Assembly (NCBI GenBank): GCA_965649055.1
Contig: CBFGJG010000003.1
Location: forward strand, 1 to 64,000
DNA from: a candidate division WOR-3 bacterium
GTDB lineage: Bacteria; Hydrothermota; UBA3072; B12-G15
Reading direction: 5' to 3'
DNA: 64,000 nucleotides
Made by a program: the position numbers and the translations under genes. Shown here piece after piece: positions 58,304 through 64,000 of the stretch (the stretch's first letter is position 1; each line of letters begins with the position of its first letter). Below the pieces are notes generated by a model, which was not told the origin of the DNA, did not search any database, and saw nothing but the letters and a program-made list of their open reading frames with translations.

Positions 58304-58762
58304 ATGAAATTTAAAAAAGGGGTTGTTCTTGTAACAACAGTCCTTGTTATGAGCCTTATCCTTGTTGCAGTCTCTGTTGCGCTTTTTTTAACATCAAAGT
58401 CAATAAGGATTACAGGTGCTGAATACAGGTCATACACATCTTTTGAAGCAGCAGAAGGTGGGATAGACAGAGGTTTACAGACAATACACAATGCATTCAG
58501 GATGGGAGAGAGGATTGATACAACATTTTCAATAAATATAACCAGATACAATGTCCAGATTCACCCGGAATTCCTTGCTACTGCACCACAGCCGGGTGGT
58601 GCTATTGAGTTTGCAGTCGGTTATCTCGGACTTGGTGTTGCAGCATCAAGGGGTGGTGCTATGAATGTTTATGCACTAACATCAACTGCATCAAGGACAA
58701 GGGGTGAATTTACATCACTTGAAACAATAATAAGAAAAGTTATAGGAATAGCAGGGAGGTAG
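58304..58762 (+). CDS. pilX: PilX-like minor pilin
   Basis: KKG|VVLVTT (no Glu5), FEAAEGG; lies between pilW and pilY1. Confidence 0.8.
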   Translation: MKFKKGVVLVTTVLVMSLILVAVSVALFLTSKSIRITGAEYRSYTSFEAAEGGIDRGLQTIHNAFRMGERIDTTFSINITRYNVQIHPEFLATAPQPGGAIEFAVGYLGLGVAASRGGAMNVYALTSTASRTRGEFTSLETIIRKVIGIAGR

Positions 58763-58764
58763 AT

Positions 58765-61700
58765 ATGAAAAAATTTATTTTAATTTTGTTACTGTTTTCT
58801 TTGTCAAGTTATACCCAGACAATGCCCTGTGATGCACCACCAACAATTATGAGGGCTGTAAAACCAAATCTTATTTTTCTCCTTGATATTTCACTCTCTA
58901 TGTATGCAAGGGCATACTGGTTTGGTAGTGGTGACCCAAGAACTAATTATAATCCAAATATGCGTTATTATGGTTATTTTCACCCTGATTCAATTTACGT
59001 TTATAGTGACCCGCAATGGGTTACAACAGGTCAAGGTGCAAATGGTGATTACCGAGTTACAACAACTAACTTTGATTTTAAGAATAAGAGAATACTTGGG
59101 AATATATTAAATTGGGCAACTATGTCAAGATGGGACATTATGAAGAAGGTTCTTGTTGGTGGTGAAGGGAATCCAACTTCAGACTATGTGAATGAAAAAC
59201 TGCAAAGCAGGGGTGGTTATACTTCTGGAGATGATGGTTGGCCTACTCCTTTGATTACCCTTGTTTCTGATTCGACAGTTCAATACAGATTTGACAGGAC
59301 ATCACAGGGAGCAACTTCAATAGTTGTTGATTCTTTTTATAATGGAAAATGGAAAAAGAATTTTACGGCATCGCTGACAAAAATAGATGTTTCAACTCTT
59401 TCTACTGATTACAGGATAGGAATCCTTGCTAAAATAGGTGACCAAGACCTTGATAGAAAATGGGACGGTGGGAATCAGATACCGAGATTTGCAGTTATGG
59501 TATATACTGAAGATTCTAAAGAAAATAAAATTCTAAAATTAATTAAAGATAATGGTTTCTCCGCTAATGATTCAGGGCAGAATGCTGCCGAATTAATTAC
59601 AGGTATAAAAGAACAACCGATTGGATATGCTACAAATGTTGGTGATGCCATCCTTCAGGCAATACATTATTTTGCTTCCGAAAAAGACCATTTTGGTAAC
59701 TACAATAAATTCCCCGATGACCCTTATCTTAGAAAGGTAATAGGAAATATATATGACACATTATGGTGTGCACATTCTTTCGTCGTTCTCCTTGGAGATG
59801 GACAGGCAAATAGGGATCAAATTGTTACAACAACCGATTATTCAGGAACCCACAGAATTCCTGTTGGCTATAGAGGGGACATACAGTCCTTATGTAGTTA
59901 TAATAATAATCTAACAGGATATGATACGGATAGTTGGGATGATGTGAATTCAAAGAAAGACTGTTCAGACGATGGTTATTATACAGAAACAGACCATAGG
60001 GCAGATGATTATGCATATTATGCACATGTTACAGATTTGAGGGTGGATGGTGGAACAAGAACGCCTTCTAACCTAAAAGGTGAACAAAAATTAACATTTT
60101 ATACAGTTTTTTGTTTTGGAAAAGGTGCAAATCTTTTTAAGAGTATAGCAAAATGGGGTGGATTCAATGATAGAAATTTGGACAAACTACCACAGAGAGA
60201 TGAATATGATGAAAACAACGATGGGGTTCCAGATAAATATTATGAAGCAGAAACGGGTGATTCCCTTGAATCATCCATAAGGAAGATTATTTACGAGGTT
60301 ATGGCAACTGTTTCTTCCGGAACTGCTACTGCAATAGTTGCAACAGGGACAAGGGGAGAAGGTGTTGGGACTTATGCAATGTATTATCCAAGAAAATTCT
60401 ATGGGCAGACTGCAATTGATTGGATAGGTATGCTTCATGGTGTCTGGGTAGATCCATTTGGAAATCTTAGAGAAGAAACAGAAGGTAATCTACAGATGCA
60501 TCTTAAGAATGATTTTGTTATAAGGATGGAATACGATACTGCTTCGGGAGAAACAAAGGTTTTAAGATACAGAGATATAAATGGTGATAACAAAAATTTA
60601 CAATTTGTAGATCAGGTAAATTATGATAATTTAAAAACAATATTCGACCTTGGAAAATATCTATTAGATGTTTCATCTAATATAAGAAATATCTGGACTT
60701 TTATTAACAATACTGAAATAGAATTTAAAGCTGCTAACAAAAATATTATAAAGCCATATTTAGATGTTTCTACTGATGGTGAGGCTGATACATTGATAAG
60801 ATATATAAGGGGGGAAAATGACTTTGGTTTTAGAAATAGGAAGCTTCCTGATAATAGACTTTACAAGTTGGGTGATATAATGTTCTCTTCACCACTTGTT
60901 GTAGGGCCGCCTATGGAAAGGTATGACCTGCTTTATGGTGATACAAGTTATATGTCTTATTTCAGAAAATATAATTTTGATGAAAAAAGAAGGTCTGTGG
61001 TTTATGCAGGTGCAAATGATGGAATGTTACACTGTGTAAATATTGGTCTTTACTATACTGATTCAGGTGTTGTTGCAGGACATCTCGACCCTGCAGGCCA
61101 TACCCCAGGTAAAGAACTCTGGGCTTATATACCATTTAACCTTTTACCACACCTAAAATGGTTAAAAGAGAAAGAATACTGTCATGTTTATTATGTTGAT
61201 TTAAAACCATATCCAACAGATGCTAAGATTTTCACAGCAGATAACACACATATAAATGGATGGGGAACAGTGCTTATTTCTGGCTTCAGAATGGGTGGAA
61301 CCAAATACACACTCCCAGGTGGAACAATACTTTCTTCGGGTTATGCATGTATTGATGTCACAAACCCATTAAACCCTGATGTCCTATGGGAATGGAAGAT
61401 ACCTGAATACACATATTCTACATCCTATCCAAATGTAATTAAAGTTCAAAATAACTGGTATATGATAGTTGGAACAGGACCAACACAATTCAATGGTTAT
61501 AGTTCAATAAATGCAAAACTTTATGTTCTTAATCTTTCTGATGGTTCTGTAGTTAAGACATTTACTTTATCAGAACCCCGTTCAGCAATAGGTGATATTA
61601 TTTCTGTTGACCTTGACCTTGATTATAATGTTGATCTTGTTTATTTTGGAACTTATTATGATGCAGTTGGGAATATTGCACCGGCAGATTTTAGGGGAAA

Positions 61701-62421
61701 TCTTTATAGATTAAACACAAGAGAATCAGCAGATCCAAACAATTGGACACTTACTAAATTATTTGGACCAACAAGGCCAATTACTGCTGCACCTGCTGCA
61801 ACACTTGATGAACAGGGTAAACTCTGGATTTACTTTGGCACTGGTAAATATTTTTCAAGCGATGATGTTTCAGATAAAACTACAGAATATTTTTATGGTA
61901 TTAAAGACACTGATACATCTTCAACTGTTTCAATTTCTGAACTTCAAAATGTTACAAATGTTAAAGTTTATGGACCTGATTCTGTTACTGGATTATCGGG
62001 TGTTAAAAATTTCAATGAATTGGAAACGTTCTTAAGAGGGAAGAAAGGATGGTACAGGGTCCTGTCATTTAGTGGTGAAAAATCATTCACAAGACCTTAC
62101 GTAATTGGTGGAACACTTGTATACACGACTTTCACCCCAACCGGTGATATATGTGAGGCGACCGGCAAGGGAAGACTTTATGCATTATATTATTACACTG
62201 GAACTGCCTATAAAAACCCTATTCTTCCCAAAAACCCTATTACAGGTGAACATGAGGTTTTAGCCGACTTAGGGCCAGGTCTTCCAGCTGAGCCAAGTTT
62301 GTATGTTGGTCCTACAGATGAAAAGATATATATACAGATTAGTGGTGCTGTAAAACAGATAGAAAATATAAACCTTGTAATGGACCCAAGGGGTGGTCTT
62401 ATAATGTGGAAAAGGAGGTAA
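58765..62421 (+). CDS. pilY1: PilY1/PilC type IV pilus adhesin with vWA-like domain
   Basis: LDISLSM MIDAS-like, KLGDIMFSSP, GANDGMLH, ELWAYIP, DLDLDYNVD Ca loop, YFGTGKY, KGWY. Confidence 0.92.
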   Translation: MKKFILILLLFSLSSYTQTMPCDAPPTIMRAVKPNLIFLLDISLSMYARAYWFGSGDPRTNYNPNMRYYGYFHPDSIYVYSDPQWVTTGQGANGDYRVTTTNFDFKNKRILGNILNWATMSRWDIMKKVLVGGEGNPTSDYVNEKLQSRGGYTSGDDGWPTPLITLVSDSTVQYRFDRTSQGATSIVVDSFYNGKWKKNFTASLTKIDVSTLSTDYRIGILAKIGDQDLDRKWDGGNQIPRFAVMVYTEDSKENKILKLIKDNGFSANDSGQNAAELITGIKEQPIGYATNVGDAILQAIHYFASEKDHFGNYNKFPDDPYLRKVIGNIYDTLWCAHSFVVLLGDGQANRDQIVTTTDYSGTHRIPVGYRGDIQSLCSYNNNLTGYDTDSWDDVNSKKDCSDDGYYTETDHRADDYAYYAHVTDLRVDGGTRTPSNLKGEQKLTFYTVFCFGKGANLFKSIAKWGGFNDRNLDKLPQRDEYDENNDGVPDKYYEAETGDSLESSIRKIIYEVMATVSSGTATAIVATGTRGEGVGTYAMYYPRKFYGQTAIDWIGMLHGVWVDPFGNLREETEGNLQMHLKNDFVIRMEYDTASGETKVLRYRDINGDNKNLQFVDQVNYDNLKTIFDLGKYLLDVSSNIRNIWTFINNTEIEFKAANKNIIKPYLDVSTDGEADTLIRYIRGENDFGFRNRKLPDNRLYKLGDIMFSSPLVVGPPMERYDLLYGDTSYMSYFRKYNFDEKRRSVVYAGANDGMLHCVNIGLYYTDSGVVAGHLDPAGHTPGKELWAYIPFNLLPHLKWLKEKEYCHVYYVDLKPYPTDAKIFTADNTHINGWGTVLISGFRMGGTKYTLPGGTILSSGYACIDVTNPLNPDVLWEWKIPEYTYSTSYPNVIKVQNNWYMIVGTGPTQFNGYSSINAKLYVLNLSDGSVVKTFTLSEPRSAIGDIISVDLDLDYNVDLVYFGTYYDAVGNIAPADFRGNLYRLNTRESADPNNWTLTKLFGPTRPITAAPAATLDEQGKLWIYFGTGKYFSSDDVSDKTTEYFYGIKDTDTSSTVSISELQNVTNVKVYGPDSVTGLSGVKNFNELETFLRGKKGWYRVLSFSGEKSFTRPYVIGGTLVYTTFTPTGDICEATGKGRLYALYYYTGTAYKNPILPKNPITGEHEVLADLGPGLPAEPSLYVGPTDEKIYIQISGAVKQIENINLVMDPRGGLIMWKRR

Positions 62422-62423
62422 TT

Positions 62424-62822
62424 ATGCAAATTTATGTGTTAATGTTTTTATTGTTATCAAAACCAAATATAAAATTACATTTAGATGATAAAGATGAAGG
62501 CTATCTTTATAGGGGTGGTGCATTTTGTGATAGTATTGTCAATAACATTATCTATCTAAGAGATTGTAAAGAGTTAATATTATCAGAAGATCTGGATATA
62601 ACCATAGGAAAAAATCCATATTTTTTTGTTGACACACTTGAAAATCCTGTTAATTTATTTACCTTGAAAATGCCCTGTGTTCTTTTAATAGAGATGATAT
62701 TGCCAAAATATTATCCTGAAGACAGTATAGAATTAATGCTTGAAAAGGCAAGAAGTATTCATCGGATTGTATATATAAAAGAAACAACTGAAGAAGAAAT
62801 ACAGAACTCTTATTGTAAGTGA
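62424..62822 (+). CDS. Hypothetical protein
   Basis: AGGAGG SD before ATG 62424; short hydrophobic N-terminus. Confidence 0.6.
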   Translation: MQIYVLMFLLLSKPNIKLHLDDKDEGYLYRGGAFCDSIVNNIIYLRDCKELILSEDLDITIGKNPYFFVDTLENPVNLFTLKMPCVLLIEMILPKYYPEDSIELMLEKARSIHRIVYIKETTEEEIQNSYCK

Positions 62823-62856
62823 AATGAAGATTTGAAAAATGGAGGTCGAAATAAAA

Positions 62857-63732
62857 ATGTTAATTTTATTGATAATATTATTATTTTTTTCCTGCAATAG
62901 GAAATCAGGTGAAAATGTAAAGAATTCTCCCCCTTCCATAGACAGGGCAGAGATAATTCCTTCAATGGTTTATAAAAACACGAAAGCACAGGTTCGCGTT
63001 TTTAGTAAAGATAATGACAAAGATAATATAACCTATAAATTCAAATGGTTCGTTAACGACGAAGAATATCTTGAAGAAAGTGAGATAGAACTTAAACTAC
63101 TTTCAAAAGGGGATAAGATTTATGTTGAAATAACACCTTTTGACGGAAAAGAATATGGAAAACCTTATAGAACGGCAGAAAAATATATAAGGAATTCAAA
63201 ACCTGTTATGATAAGCGCAAGGATAGAACCTGATACAATAACTTCCAATGTAAAGGAGATAAAGATTATAGGAAATGGAGAAGATATTGATGGTGATAAT
63301 CTGACTTATACCTGTGAATGGTTCTTAAATAACAAAAAACTCGATGAAACCTCAACTGTTTTAAAGGGAAATTTTAAAAAGAACGATGTTATAAATTTTA
63401 TTGTGCGTGCAAACGATGGAGAAGAGACATCTGAAAATTTTGTCAGCGCAGTCATTTATGTAAAGAATGCACCACCTGCATTTCAGATGAAAGAAGATTC
63501 CATAAAGATTTCATCTAATAGTTTCAATTTTAAGGTAAATGCAATTGATCATGATGGAGATAAGATTAAATATTCTATTGTTTCTTCAAATTTGCCTTTG
63601 ACCATTGATGAGAATACGGGTGTTGTTTCAGGACAGATACCCGAAGGGTTTACGGGAATAACTATTCAGGTTAAGGCAGAGGATGGTGAAGGGGCATACA
63701 GTATAAAAAATATAAATTTAGGAATAAGATAA
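62857..63732 (+). CDS. Lipoprotein with tandem Ig/cadherin-like domains
   Basis: Lipobox FFSC; repeats NSPP/NSKP/NAPP..DxDxD.ITY..WF.N; LTIDENTGVVSG. Confidence 0.75.
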   Translation: MLILLIILLFFSCNRKSGENVKNSPPSIDRAEIIPSMVYKNTKAQVRVFSKDNDKDNITYKFKWFVNDEEYLEESEIELKLLSKGDKIYVEITPFDGKEYGKPYRTAEKYIRNSKPVMISARIEPDTITSNVKEIKIIGNGEDIDGDNLTYTCEWFLNNKKLDETSTVLKGNFKKNDVINFIVRANDGEETSENFVSAVIYVKNAPPAFQMKEDSIKISSNSFNFKVNAIDHDGDKIKYSIVSSNLPLTIDENTGVVSGQIPEGFTGITIQVKAEDGEGAYSIKNINLGIR

Positions 63733-63841
63733 GAATTTTATGAATAATGGATACATACTTCTTTTGACAACTTTTTTAATATTGATTTTTTCTTTTATTG
63801 GATTTACAATTTTATTAAATTTAAATATTGAAATAAAAAAT

Positions 63842-64000
63842 GTGTCTAATGAGATTAATAGTTTTGTAGATATAAACAATGTTGAAGATGCACTTAAAGA
63901 AGTTATATTCAGGTTATCGGATTCTCAAAGCCAGTATTATATTGGTGAAACTGGTATTTTAAACCCTGATTGGTCCATTGTTATTACAAATAGTGAAATA
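63842..64000 (+). CDS. Partial ORF running off the window end (MSNEINSFVDINN...)
   Basis: Open frame from GTG 63842 to the end; upstream TTGATT-17-TACAAT (63782-63810). Confidence 0.5.
   Translation, partial: MSNEINSFVDINNVEDALKEVIFRLSDSQSQYYIGETGILNPDWSIVITNSEI

Noticed and set aside
1..64000. CRISPR arrays, IS elements, prophage, rRNA, riboswitches
   Set aside because: No spaced repeats, transposase or phage genes, or recognisable structured leaders seen by eye; intergenic gaps are mostly short

Overview
64 kb of an AT-rich, gene-dense bacterial chromosome using the standard code. The gene content points to an anaerobic diderm; FCB-group or WOR-3-like affinity is my inference from PorV-like, C25 and CTD/FlgD-type proteins. 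Main blocks in order: degP-sigma70-degenerate M23-thiC; flxDCBA-hdrA-[GANTC-type RM pair]-hdrCB-CMD-DsrE-YidE/AspT; Yip1-TolC-MacAB; two glycosyltransferases and trmB; a ~12 kb minus-strand unit (pfkB, cohesin-like lipoprotein, dockerin-like and CTD proteins, C25 peptidase, PorV-like, PMM/PGM, DUF362, a frameshifted barrel-like gene); SLBB-wzc-coiled-coil gene; tRNA-Leu(GAG); HK-RR-glgC-galT; truD; gamma-CA-sucCD-korD-fumAB-korABC-PorV-like-accA-DUF4388; a type IV minor pilin/PilY1 cluster. No CRISPR array, rRNA, transposase or prophage was seen. Most notable signals: (1) recurrent ultra-short, uncharged N-terminal signal-like peptides on exported proteins; (2) a porU-porV-like locus with CTD-bearing cohesin/dockerin-like partners; (3) an RM cassette inside the flx-hdr operon; (4) several leaderless promoters with a 16-bp spacer; (5) an NtrC-like palindrome upstream of a possible non-canonical sigma54-like motif that recurs before the pilin cluster. 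Family assignments come from motif recognition only; no searches were run.
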